Assembly: GCF_001447785.1 (NCBI RefSeq)
Contig: NW_015167162.1
Coordinates: 1-64,000 of the forward strand
Length of the DNA: 64,000 nucleotides
Direction of reading: 5' to 3'
Source: Gekko japonicus
Lineage: Eukaryota
Made by a program: the position numbers and the translations under genes. The notes below the pieces were generated by a model. It had not been told where the DNA came from and ran no database searches. It saw only the letters and a program-made list of their open reading frames with translations. This document shows positions 38,035 to 51,334 of the stretch, piece by piece; position 1 is the first letter of the stretch; each line of letters begins with the position of its first letter.

Positions 38035-38143
38035 GAATGAGGGAGCACTCACTGGAGAAGACCCTGATGCTGGGAAAGATTGAAGGTCAAAGAAGACGGG
38101 GATGGCAAAGGATGAGATGGTGAGACAGTGTCATCGATGTAAC
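38035..38143 (+). mobile_element. RTE-BovB LINE fragment
   Basis: HSLEKTLMLGKIEGQRRRGWQRMRW, characteristic BovB RT C-terminus. Confidence 0.85.
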
Positions 38144-38349
38144 GGCATTCAGTCTAGTGAAGTCATCCTTTCTAAGAAAAGCCACGCCTTGTCATCTCTG
38201 CACTGTCTCTTCCATTTTACTGTCCCACTACTCCAACCAAAGTCTTGAGACTAGCCCATGAGTTTCCAATAAAATTAGCTGGGTGACAAAGATGGAGACC
38301 ACATGGTGATGATCACACAATGACTTACGGCACACTTCTGTTCCCATAG

Positions 38350-38495
38350 TAGGCTTGCCAAGCCCCCACTGGGGGCAGGTAAATTCCCGCCCGAGAGGCC
38401 CGTTACCCATTGTCGTGGTGCGCACATGTGGGGGCAGACTCCCAACGGAGCCAGGAATCCCCCCACTTTGCAGGTAAGTCGACTTGGCAACCCTA
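38350..38495. mobile_element. hAT MITE (TAGGGTTGCC family); related copies ~1438-1690 and 42427-42640
   Basis: taggcttgcca / tggcaacccta; TSD tcccatag / tcctatag. Confidence 0.75.
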
Positions 38496-40049
38496 TCCTA
38501 TAGTGTTAGTTTCAAGTGCTGCTCGGACCCAAATGCAACAAGAATTCCAGTAAGTTTAGAACTTCCATGGAAGTTGATTCCATGTTGATGATTCTCATGG
38601 AAGCCATGCAAAACAGCATGACAATGACTGATTTTTCATCTTAGTGAACTAGGAGGGGAGGGGGATGTGTTGTGAGGTGATGCAGGTTTCAGATGATCAA
38701 AATTACACAGCCTTTGTAAAGGGAAAATAGTTTAACATGCTTTACCTGCAAATAATCCCAGGTTCAATCCTGAAGAGGGGCTCAGAAGTAAAGCCACAGT
38801 ACGGCTGACCCTGTAAAAGGCACACGGGATCCCTCTGGGGCTTGTGAACACTGCTTCAAACAGGGGCTTGTAACAGGGGAGTTGAATTTGGGACTGGTGC
38901 AAGAGGCAAAGAGGGGTGTGTATTTCTTTGCTTGGGGTGGTGTGGTTTCTGAGCTGTTTGGGGTGTGCCTGTGTAAGAATTGCCTAGCTTTTGGTGAGTG
39001 TACTAGAAGTACATGGTTCTGCTGTGAGAAGTTTCTTTCTGCTTGAGTGAGGTCAGTCAGCTACATGCTATTGTCTGACTCCTGGAAGCAGAGCTCATTA
39101 GAGGGCTGACTCTCAGAGGGGCTGTGGCTCAGAAGTAAAGCCACAGTACGGCTGACCCTGTAAAAGGCACACAGGATCCCCCTGGGGTTCCTGAACAGGG
39201 CTTCTAACAGGGCTTGAGCTTAGACGTTCAGCACAGGAGATCGAGGGGGAGCAGGATATGCCAGTAGGAAGGGTTTAGATTTCTTAGGCAATTTTGGAGG
39301 GAAAAACTACCACTGAGGGAGGGAAGTGTGAGAGGCCATCATAGAGCTAAACCATCTTCTGAGAACCAGCCAACAGCCTTTTCACAATCTGTCCCATCAA
39401 TTTGCCTTCCCCTCTGGCCAGCAGCCCTCCTTGTTCAAAGCCACTGAAACCAAAACCCAGTGATTCACTTCCTTCCTGTATGTATACAGTTTTCCACTGA
39501 ATCACTAGAGAAGAATGGACACTACACCAACAAGCAAATCTACAGAGACAGAAATAAGTAGCCAAGCTTGGAAAGTCCCAAACTAGCCACAGCCCAGAAG
39601 CTTTCCCTCTCCAATCTGTGAAGTGGTCATTAAATGTCTAGGCAGAACACGAATAGATCATTCTTTGGCTGGTGTGAGGCATCTTTCAACAACAGAACTG
39701 GAGATTTTTATACCACAGAACCCACAAGCATACCAAAAAATAAAACAGCTGTTGTTAAGATAGTGTTTGGGAGACACAGAACTGAGGGGGGGGGGAGTCT
39801 TCTCTATGCCTTACAAGAGGCAATGAAAGTGGATCAGTTTTACTTCACTACAATTCAAGACCAATGCAGTAACCACAAAACATAACACTACTAGACTGCC
39901 AAGCAGAACAAACTGTTTCTCTCTCTCTTCTCACTTGTAATAACTGTAGGTGGGGGCTCTTCCTAAAGTACCAGATATTTCTCTCATCACTCCTTCTCAG
40001 ACAGGAGTTGGATAACCAAAAATACTTAAGTGCTGGTAATTCCATTCAA

Positions 40050-40320
40050 TCTGTGGTGTAGTGGTTAGAGAGTAAGACTGGAATTTAGGAAATCCTGGTT
40101 TGAATCCCCACTCTGTCATGGAAGATGATCTCGGAAATCCTGGTCTGAATCCCCACTCTGTCATGGAAGATCACTGGATGACCTTGGCCTAGTCACTCTC
40201 TCTAAGCCTAATCTACCCCACAGGGCTGTGGTTATGAGGATAAAAATGATGGAGGAGGGAACAATATTGTAAGCTTCTTTAGGTACCCATTGGGGACAAA
40301 AGTGGGGTATGATTTTTTAA
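40050..40320 (+). mobile_element. MIR/CORE-like SINE with internal ~44-bp duplication
   Basis: tggtgtagtggttagag head; ggaaatcctggt.tgaatccccactctgtcatggaagat occurs twice. Confidence 0.7.
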
Positions 40321-43300
40321 AAAACACAAATACATAAATATTTTGCTTTAGTAGATGACCTCTATTTATAAATGTATTTTTACATTTTGGGGGAAAACAC
40401 CCAGTTTTGTCTTAATGTACCTATGATAAAGGATTATATTAGTTATTATAATCCAACCCTCAAAAATGATAAGACTAAATGGCAAGAAATTACTTTTCTA
40501 TATATCTTTGTGTAGAATAGACGGCTGACTGATGATGCAGCTTGTTCCTTTAAACGCTCTGAAGGGGAAAGAGATGATGCAGCTGCATATCCCCAACCCC
40601 AATTCCTCCACAACTCCTTCAGCCCACTCACCTGCTGTGGAGGAAAACTAAACTTCTGCATGCTAAAGACTCTAAAAGTGACCATCCTTACCAACAGGTT
40701 ATTAGGACAAATGGGTGGATATCATTAACACTATTCAAAACAGCAGGAGTTCACAAGCAGTTCTCAAGTTACCAATATATTGCAAATTGATGTCTATCTC
40801 CCTGTTCAGTTATTACTATTTTGGTGCTTCAATAGTCCGTAATAGACAGCATGCTATCAGTGACCCTTCACAATACGTGAAGTCACCATTTTGTCTGAAT
40901 TGGGCAATGCACATACCTTCCAGCTTCAGTATGCACCAACCCTCAAAAATCTGCATTTCCATTTGTACATATCAAAGCTGGAAAACTGTACATTAATCTA
41001 TTCACACAAAATGGTGACAACATCTAGGGATAGGAGGACCACAGGTACCATGATCTCCTCTTAGTGACAGCTGGATCACCAACAGGGATTCAGCAGAATT
41101 CTGAATACCCCCTCAAACCAAACATAAGGGAAACAGTCTGAAGGAGCAATGCTTTGGAAAACACATGTCTCTACTCACAACTAAAGGAATATCTTTTGAG
41201 ACTATTGTCTTAGTTTTCTTCTTCTGAACAGTTGCTGAACACCTCCTTTTTGTAGTAGTTAGCCACCACAATGTCTACAGGTTTGATATAAGGAGCTAAC
41301 AAGGGGCAATTCCAAACTACAGGATTATGTAGTGGGGGGCCACGAGATTACACCTCTTCTTTATTAATTCAAGATTCAGACACTGGAATTCCTAGATTTA
41401 TGGACCTCAAGATTCATTTACTGCCCTTCTATCTATGGACTCCAGTGGGTTTCTGTACTCTTTGTTGACCCCTCCTTTTTTTTTCTTTATTTGGAGAATA
41501 CAGAATACCAGAGAGTTACTCTGGTATCAGTGGTCATCTTAGGCTGGGTCATAAGACTGTCCTGTTTGGAAATAGCATTTTCATAGAACCTGAGTCTAAC
41601 TATGGTGAGGAATCTGCATTAGCCTTGGAATTTGTTTCTCCACAGATAAAAATGAGCATCGAATTAAGTGCAGATATCATCTGCATGATTTAGCTTTCTA
41701 CCAGTAATTCCCTCCATATTTGTACATCCAACACTTAGCACACAAATATTCAAAGCAAGTAAAAGCCTCATAAAACTAAATTTAGTTTTATTTTTCTGTA
41801 GGATGAAAAAAGGATAAGAGATAGGGATCCCCCCCCCCCATTTTTACCTACTTGTGAAGTGCCAAATAACTATGGTGAGGAATCTGCATTAGTAACTAGA
41901 TATGATTACATTATATAGCTAGATGTCTTTCAGATGTATTCCACAAGGGTGATCTGATCCGTAGCCAAAATACTGTACAATCCTGTTCCCCCAAAGAGCT
42001 ATCTGCTACCCTGCCCTTGCCAGAACTCCTTCACCTCCCTCATCTCATTCCTGCATTGCTTTTGTTCTTTTGCTAACTAGCTGACTTTAGAAATAGTGAG
42101 CAAATAGGCTGACCTCTTGACCAGCCACCATTAGCCTCAGTATGCAAGGAACATGCAGGGGAGAAGCACTGTGGAATTCAGTCACTGCTTTTCACTTTAT
42201 TTTAAATTGATTTTATTCATAAATTTATATCTTGCCTTTATCTAGTAGAAAAGTATAACAACATTAACAGTGCCTCCCTAAGCAGGTCTACACAGTGGGG
42301 CTTACTCCTAGGAAAGTTTCTAAATGTATGAAACTGATTATACCAGCAGCTTAAATATATATATATAATCACGGCAAGACATTAAAGGTTCTGATAAATG
42401 AATACATTTTGGGTGCCCTTGACAGGTGGGTTACCAGCTCTAGATGGGGTAATTCCTGGAGATTTGAGGGTGGACCCTGAAGATGGCAGGGTTTGGGGAG
42501 CTGGGAGACCTCAGTGGGATATAATGCCATAGAGTCCACCCTTCAAAGCAGCCATTTTTTCCAGATGAACTAATCTCTGTTGTCTAGTAGTTGAAATTCT
42601 GGGAGAGCTCCAGGATCCACTTGTAAGGTGGCAAACGTAGCACAGTAATTCATTATATTTTGTAGTAAGCAACTGGGCAACTTGAAAATCTTCTCTGCAA
42701 CACTTTGAAATGTCCCTGGACTGGATAGTGTGTTTAACACAACGCTCTAATAGAGTTAAAGGAACTTAAAAATCATATATATGTTCTGTGGGCTTATATG
42801 GAAGGGTAGAAACCCAGATAGTTTGGCTGGTTCCGCTCTTCTTGTTTAGTGTGGAATCACCATTCTTCATTCTCTAGTTTTAAACAAAATTCCAGATGAT
42901 GTTGCTGCCAACCTTTTGCATTCTAATGTTTTCTGTCAGGCTTATTGTGTTTGTTTTTTCAGACCTAATTTTAACATATTTTTTAAAAAAATCAGAATGC
43001 ATTTATAGCACCAAGTTGTCCCATGTGGACAGTGCAAATTATATTGAGGTTCCCCATTACTATTGTCTCTTTAAATTTCCCTCCCTTCTTTCTTCTTCCA
43101 GCTTAACTAATTACTTTATTCTCATGGCCTGCCAATTCTCACAGAAGATTCATGAATCAATTGCAAATTATCAGTTATGGTTGAGAGGGAGGGGGCTTAA
43201 GAGAGGGAGGGGGCTTAAGCGGGGAGAGCTTTTGACTTAGACATTAAACTCAAAGGGGGCCTCAAATTTAGACACTTGTTAATTTTTAGGCGTTTGATAT

Positions 43301-44262
43301 GTTTTACAATTTATTGGACCATAATGTGACACACATCTGTCACTTTAGAACTGTAAATGTAAGTAAATAAGGATATGATTTTATAAAAGACATAATTCTT
43401 TGTTAACAGATATCGATTTTGTAACCCTTTTTGGTGCCTTATTTTGTTTTCATCTGCCATATTTTTTCATTATTATTATGACTAGGAACCTAAAAACCTG
43501 GAAGTGGCTCAGGCCCCTCTGGACCTATGTTTTTCACTTTGTAATCAGTCAAAAGTCACTGCCTCTGTTCTATTTTTTAATTATATTTATTTCATAATCA
43601 AACTACTATCATAAACAATAACAAAAAATATGGAACAGAATAAGAAACAATACCGATTCATGTGCCATGAGAGAACAGGAAAAATTAATTAGACTAAAAA
43701 CGAAGGAACAAAAGGAAAATGATTGAGAAAAGTTGAACCTTTGCTGAAGAAGACCTGAGTAACTACTGTAAAGTACTGGGTTCGCAGCATGGAGGACTCA
43801 GACTACAATATGAGTTCAGACGTGTTTATTGTACTTCACACGACTAAAAGAAAACAGCCCTGCAAGGCCAACTATATACACTCCACCCTGCACACCTATG
43901 TTCCCATTGGAGGGTTTGAATTTCCTGCCAAGGGTGCTAATGGTGGACTCAAGGTGGACTAGGATCCTAGGTCCCCTTTGTGTTTGGGGGCCAAGCTCCT
44001 GCTTTAGCCGTGGACCCCTGGTGGCGGTCCGCGTACATAACACCACATAGCAGGTTCTTGCCCCCAGGGTCAGTTTTTTATGCTTAATATAGTGCTATAT
44101 TAAGTGCAATGTGAACCACTGTTCAAGTTCTGCTTGCAACTGAATAAGGAAAACAGATTCTTCAGCAGAACAAAAAGTTGTATCCCTTTTATCAGGTAGA
44201 GAGGCAGATAACCATTAAGGCCAGGGAGAATATTTACAATCTCATTGAATGTGTGTATACTT

Positions 44263-44365
44263 TTTTTTTTTGATTTAAAGTTTTTTATTATTTTAATTAA
44301 CAAGTTTATCACAAAAAACACAACATTATGCATTAAATTTACAGACTGCAAAAGTTGTCAACACA
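44263..44365 (-). mobile_element. Short 5'-truncated poly(A)-tailed retro-insertion (L1-type)
   Basis: Poly(T) plus reverse-complement AATAAA; 17-bp TSD tgaatgtgtgtatactt (44246-44262, 44366-44382). Confidence 0.75.
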
Positions 44366-46079
44366 TGAATGTGTGTATACTTAAGACGCTTGAATCATCA
44401 GTATAGCTTCAGTTAGGCTGAAAGGTGTCTCTTTTCAATATGGCAATATAAAACTGATTGATGAGGCTCCCATCTGCATAGTGTGCAATAACTATGAAGC
44501 CTCTATGAGGTCTAGTAACTATGAAGCATGCACACGTATGCTCATGCAAGGCAGAAAACTAAGCAATGATTTCCCTTTGAACAATGAGCTGAACTGCATA
44601 GGGAGTTTCCCTACACAACCAAATAGCAGAAAAGATTTATCTGATTCTGGTCCTCTGCATATTAGGGCAGGAACAATTNNNNNNNNNNNGGAATGCTGGG
44701 AAGTCTCCAGAGAATCTGAAACATTCTGCAAAGTTAGGGCACTTGTAAGCATTTTAATTTAAAATGACAACTCCAGGAGAGAATTTCTTAAGGCTCGGAG
44801 AGGGGGATGGCCTTTGGATCTGTTTTACTCTAATTAGGTTTCCTCCAGTTGCTTCTAATGTGCGATTGACCCCATTCCTGCTTTATGAACCATTAGGGCT
44901 GTGCTGCTGAGCTACAATGTGTTCTCTCTACAAACCCTTGGCATAACGAGAAAAGGGAAATAAACCTCCTGGTGATTCTGCTCTTGCACATGGGGCCAAG
45001 TTGCTCATTAGCAAAAGGATTAGGGACCAAATAACACATCCCTGCCCCTTCGCTTTGTAGACCGCTTTTGCAGCTACGGGTTGCTAATGCATGATAGAAT
45101 GCAGAACAGAAATCTCAGGTCAATGTAAAATTTAGCTTTGACAGATAGGGGAAGGATTCCTCACCACCCTCTCAGGGCCTAGAATCAGGGGAATAGGGAG
45201 GAGCAGTGCTAAATTTGAAAGGGAAAGAAAAAAAAGATCTGGTATTTGTTCTTGCTGTTACAATGGCCTCAGTGATAATTGAGATGGCATGGGAGGGGTG
45301 GAAGAAGTAATCCCTATCCTCACTTTCTCGCCCTCTCATCTTTTGTTGTAGCTCTCATNNNNNNNNNNNNNNNNNNNNNNNNNNNNNNNNNNNNNNNNNN
45401 NNNNNNNNNNNNNNNNNNNNNNNNNNNNNNNAGTTCCCACTGTTCCTTCCACACTGATCAAACTTGATGGGACTTTTAGCTAATGATGAAATAACAGTGA
45501 GACTCATAACACACACACTTGCAACAAACCTGCAGAACTTATTTTTATTGCGCAAGGAAACTGAGCTTTGCTCAAGATAAGATCCTGCCTATGAGTGCAA
45601 ACCTGTATTTATCCAGGACTATCCTTTTGAAGTATAAAGTCTGAAAGGCCATATGCCCATGCCTAGTGATTTAGAAATCATATTTTTTTTGTAAGAACAA
45701 AAGACATTAACACCTCTCTTGGATAGTTCTAATATTTTAACTTTCCAAAACTGATTGCCAGCAGCCTTTGAAATTGTATCAAAAGATGGGCTGAGACATA
45801 TGGATTTCTCATTGAGGCAAGTGGAGCTGCTATTTAGATAATTGCACTTCGACCTGCAGTAGCTCTTAGTTTCCTTAGAAAAACACAGGGTCTCCAATAT
45901 GACATCCACTCCTTAATGGTTGTGGACCAAAGAATGGATTCTTGGCTGCTGCATTAAAATAGGCTTTTGCTGAAGATAAGACCCTTTCTACCAGTGCAGT
46001 CCTAAACTGAATTACACCCTTTTAAATCCATTGAGTTATACCTTTCTAAGCCCATTGACTCTTCTAAGACCATAGTGGG

Positions 46080-48306
46080 TGAAATATACTGGGTTCAACA
46101 CGTGTTAGTGATCAGCTCATAGTTTATTGTGATTTCAGCTCAGGACAACTCTAGCAGGACTGGGGCCCTGTTTATAAGCCCGTAAAACGGCACACCCATC
46201 ACACACCCACTCCCAACAGGCTATTTACAGAGGCACTCCTGGGTGATAGGTCCATCCCAGGATCCTAGCAGTCCATTGTTCTGTGTCCCCAAGCTGGGGC
46301 TGATGAGATTAGGCTCAGTACACAACACCCCTCCTCCCAAGGTTCAGAACACCCTAGCACACATAGTCCCTTATGTAAGTCGGCCTGCGTTGCTCGCAGT
46401 TTGAGCAATGTGGTTCCGTCAGTGATGTTGGGGCTACTTGCTCTGGTTCAGATGCAACAGCCGCAGGACTTGGGGGCAGCGGCGGTATCGGTGCGACCTC
46501 GGGCCTGTCCATTGGTGCCTGTTCCGGCGTTGCACTCACTGGTCCATCTGGGGTTTTGCTGGCTGTGGGCTGTTCACTGGGCGCGGGTACCCCTCGCTCG
46601 GTCTCCAGCTCCGGCAGCTCTGTGTCATCTTCGTCTAGGGTCATTGAGGGCAGGCCTGGCTTGGCGGGGAGGAGATGGCGGCAGACTTGGTCAATGTGCC
46701 TCCTCAGTACCTGTCCGCCGTCGGTGGATTTTTCGCAAGAGATGGGGCCGGTGACTCGTATGACTTTGGCTGGAAGTTCCGAGCATAAACGGGGTCACCT
46801 GGAAAGAACCCCTGGGGCGCCGCTTGATACTTGGGGGCCGCATGATGCTCCGCCGTGCAATCGAGGTGCTTCCGGTCTAGGTGTGTGGTGAGGCGTCGCC
46901 CCATGAGGAGTTCCGCTGGCCTGCAGCTGATGGAGGTGCATGGGCTCACCCACTGGCCAAAGAGGGAGGTCGCGAGTCGGTGGTCCCAGTCTCCCTGAAC
47001 GATCCGCCGCAGCGCTTCCTTGGTGGTCCTCACCATCTGCTCTGCCTGGCAGTTGGTGGCAGGGTGGAAGGGCACGGACCTTACGTGCCTGATGAGGTAA
47101 CGGCCCATGAAGTCTTGAAACTCGCCTGAAGTGAAGTGAAGGTCATCCCATTGGTACAAAAGATTCTCCGGAGGGTGCAGATCGCTGCTTGGGATGAAGT
47201 GGAAGGGACCGGGACTACCTCTAGCCATTTCATGTAGGAGTCCACCAGGATGAAAAATATCTGTCCCTGAAAGGGGCCTGCAAAGTCTATGTGTAACCGG
47301 GACTACGGTCGTTGAGTGGACTCCCATTGCCTGGGTGGTGCCCGGAGCAATTCCGGATGGATCTCTAGGTAGGCCTGACAGCGCTTGACGCAGTCCTTTA
47401 TCTCGCTGTCCATGCCAGGCCGTCATATGTAGCTGCGGGTCAGCGCCTTCATCCGTACAATGCCCGGATGCATTTTGTGAATTGCTGCTCAGACTTGTGG
47501 GCACAATGGAGGTAGCACTACGACTTGGCTTCGCCACAGCAGGCATCCCTTGTGCGCCAACAGTTTGTCCTGTCAGGAGGAGAACACCATGAATTCAGGG
47601 CCCATGTGGCCAGCAGGCCATCCCCTCCCCACCCAGTCCAGAACACAGGAGAGGACGCAGTCTCGTGCGGTGTGGCGGGAGACGTTCGGTACCTGGAGCA
47701 GGCAGTTGGGAAGGTCCTCCAGGAGCAGGATCTGGTGGGCAGGAGCTGGGTCCGGGTCGCAGGAGGGCAGTGGCAGGCGGCTGAGGGTGTTGGCGTGTCC
47801 CATCAACTTCCCAGGGCGGTGGTGAAGACTGTACTGGTAGCCTGCCAGGAAGATGGACCAGCGCAGCACCTGGGGAGACAGCATCTGTGGTGTTTGGCAG
47901 TCTGGAGCCAGCATGTCAAGGTGTTTATGATCCGTCACAATGGTAAAGGGCCACCCGTAGAGGTAATCGTGGGATTTTTTTATGCCTGCCACAATTGTCA
48001 GGGCCTCCTTGTTGATCTGTGCGTACTTATGTTCGGCCGAGGACAAGGTGTGGGAGTAATAGGCCACAGGAACTTCTCAGCCGTCAGGTAGCTGGTGACC
48101 AAGGATGGCTCCAATTCCATACGGGAACGCGTCACAGGCCAGGACGACTGAGAGAGCTTTGTCAAAGTGCGCGAGTACCGAATTCAAGGTGAGCAGCTTT
48201 TTGACAGCACAGAACGCGGTGGCTTGCTTCTGGCCCCAGACCCAGGGGGCTCGTCTGTCGAGCAGCCAGTGCAGTGGCTCCATGAGATTAGGCTCAGTAC
48301 ACAACA
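46080..48306 (-). mobile_element. Internally deleted Gypsy (Mag/K02A2.6-like) LTR retrotransposon
   Basis: RNase H (LACDAFPYGIGAILGH, AYYSHTLSSAEHKYAQINKEAL, FTIVTDHK) and integrase (HPGIVRMKAL, FTSGEFQDFM, PFHPATNCQAEQMVRT) with stops and frameshifts; PPT next to 3' LTR 46080-46327; 5' LTR stub 48281-48306; 5-bp TSD GTGGG. Confidence 0.92.
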
Positions 48307-49399
48307 GTGGGCATAGAAGGTATAGCTCTGCTTAGGATGGCACTGTACAACATGAGCGTAATCATATTCTGTCAGCTGAACTTGTGAAAGATGTTTGGAT
48401 GCACCAAACTGGTTTTTCACACATGCAAGTATTTCAAGTAACAGAAGTAAAAGAACCAAGGAATTCTCCTGAAGGTCAGTGGTAGGATTTCACAACAATG
48501 TGAAATCTTAATGAATGTTCAAAGCACATTTCAGTGCATTTCTTGACTATGCACAGATTAAATTTTTAGATAATTTGACAGTGATTAAATACAGGTACTT
48601 GTAACTAACATAACAGTGGGATATATTTACAGCACAGCAACTGCAAAATTTAATGTTATTTTTATATTACCATTTTATATATTATCACTCAGATTTTGTT
48701 GGCAAACTATGCTAACCATAGTATAGTGTTGTCGTCCCCATTCCCCCACCATCACTGCTAATCGTGATGCATGAAAAAGGAAAGCATATACCTGCAACCA
48801 CTAGCTGCTCACTGTCTTCTCCATCTGAAGTTCCTTTCTACTGCCTCAGACTGCTGGGCCTCCAGTGTCTTAGGCAAAAGCTTTCGCAGTCCTGCTATCT
48901 GAGAAGCTAGTGATCAAAGCTAGAGTCTTCTCTTCTGCATATAAACCAAGCTCTCTCCTACTGAACTATGGCCTTTCTCCATCAAGAGACAATGATATCA
49001 TTTTTGGAATTCTGAGGGGTACCACACCAACTTGTATTACCCACACGCAGATGTTAAAGTTTCCCCTTAATGACACCACTGCTTCCTTTTTCTAGTGCAG
49101 AAGAATCCACATCTACCTACTATATTCATTCAAATGCAAGACTAAGTTTTCCCCCTATGCACACTGTCAAAAAATGGGGGGAGGGTCATCTTGTATATAG
49201 ATACAAATTACAGTTATGTCCAATAAGAAATTATTTTGGTACATAACATTCTTTAGAGGAGTCATTGTACATTCAAGGTCATCTTCCTTTCAAGTGAAGA
49301 TGGTACCTGCATTTCATATCCTAGGAGCTTTAGGATGGCCCACTTTATCCTCACAGCAACACTACGAGATGGCTTAGGCTAAGAAAGAGTGACTGGCTG

Positions 49400-49672
49400 A
49401 AGGAGGAGGAGGAGGAGATTGGATTTATACCCCGCCCTTCACTCGAAGTCTCAGAGCGACTTACAAACTTCTCTCTTCCCCTCCCCACAACAGACACCCT
49501 GTGAGGTAGGTGGGGCTGAGAGAGCTCTTTTCAGAACTGTCCTTGAGAGAACAGCCCTGACAGAACTATGGCTTGCCCAAGGTCATCCAGCAGGTGCAAG
49601 TGGAGGAGTGGGGAATCAAACCTGGTTCTCCCAGATTAGAGTCCACACACTTGACCACTACACCAAACTGGC
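49400..49672 (-). mobile_element. MIR/CORE-like SINE with L2 tail
   Basis: Minus strand gccagtttggtgtagtggtc...; acagacaccctgtgaggtaggtgggg core; (gga)n tail. Confidence 0.75.
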
Positions 49673-51334
49673 TTCATGGTAGAATAAGGATTTGAGTCCA
49701 AGTCTCTTTGGTCAAAGTTCCTCATGCTTACCCCTCTATCGCACTGCTTTTCTGCAACAGAAGGGATCTGAGCCCAGATGCTATGGTAAGTCTATGGGTA
49801 TCAGCAATCTACCCCTGTGTGTATCTGTGTGTGTATGTGTGTATGAACACAGTATATGTTTACAACAGCAGGAAAAAAATGTATCTTTCAGATTATCTGA
49901 ACTAACTAGCAAGGCTTTTAAAACCAAGGCATTATGCAAATGAAATCAATCAGTTACAGCATTAAAGAACGGCCGGGTCCTAACCTTCTCAATGGTGCCA
50001 AGCAGAAAACTGGCCATCATCTGTCCTTGGCACCTGCACGAAATCCTACCCATCAGCTGGTGCCTGTTATGAATAGAACCACAGCCAAACATTCACCACA
50101 TCAGAAGGAATAACCAACAGATGAACCTGGTAGTACCAGTCCAAGATTCCGGGAAATGCTACCGAGTGCCAGTTCCATGGGCCTTGTGATGAGTGAAGTT
50201 TCTCTCTTCAGCATGTCAGTTGTTTCAGCCAACAGCTGAAGTCTGTCAGGAGGCAGGAAGAAAGCAAATGGACACTCGTTGCTGCTTAGCTCTGGGGGAG
50301 TGAGGCTGAATGCCACTCTGGAACAAATGGCAAAGGTCTTCCTAGAGGCAGCAGCAGGAGAGTTGAATTCAACTCCATAATGAAAACAACAGTACACAGA
50401 AAACCATGGAAAGACGGTATTAATACATCTCATTTTCTATAAGCATAACAAGTAAACTTGAAAGTGTTTTGTTTAGAGACCTACTATGAAGGCCACCATG
50501 GTAGCACCTGGTTTAAGACCTCACCACAGTTTTGGCCAGCTTCAGCAATAAGTGGTTAAGCAACAAAATGTAAAACCAGTCCAATCTCCCCTGAGGACAG
50601 AATGTATTTCAGTTCAGATAGACTGCCTCTTACACTGTCTAAACAAAGATTTTACTACAGCACTTTGAAATAGTCTCCAAAACCACTGAAACCAAATTTG
50701 TTTCCAGCATTATTCAGCAGCGTAAATGGGTTCAGCAAGGACCACCTTTATGCTTTGTGTGTGTTCAGTGCTTTAAGTCCTGAATAACTCTCTTGATTCT
50801 AATAAATAATGAAGAATAATTCACACAAATACCATAAGTGATATTTTCCTGAAATGGAAATAGGCCATAAAAAACAGTTCTCACCCAATTAGGGTTTTGC
50901 CAAGAAATATTGCCACCTGACTTGGGAAATCTAAATAATACCTCCCTTACTATGAAAACAGGATAATATATAACTGCCAATTTGTCATTCTTCTGTGGCA
51001 CCCAGATGTGTTGCCCAAGGCAGCTATCTCATAATACGAGGGTTGGCTACTATCTTGTAGTTACTAATAGTTTCTGCATAATAGTAGATATTAGCTCAGC
51101 CACTTTGAACCATGAGGAAAGGTGGGGTGCAAGTGTTTTAATAAATAAAATGTATGGTGATCATGGCAACCAGATCACCAGGGCTTTTTGGGGTGTGGGA
51201 TTATAATGGGAAATATGCAGCCTGAAACTTTCTCTTATAACTCAGCAATAAAAAGGTCTAGAGGATTTCTTTAAATGACAGCTGGGAACTAGTACATGGT
51301 AGCAAGGAAGTTATAATATTATGTTATAGCGAAC

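Noticed and set aside
50101-50433. Extra LTBP2 exon
   Set aside because: No similarity to LTBP2; exons 3 and 4 already join in phase
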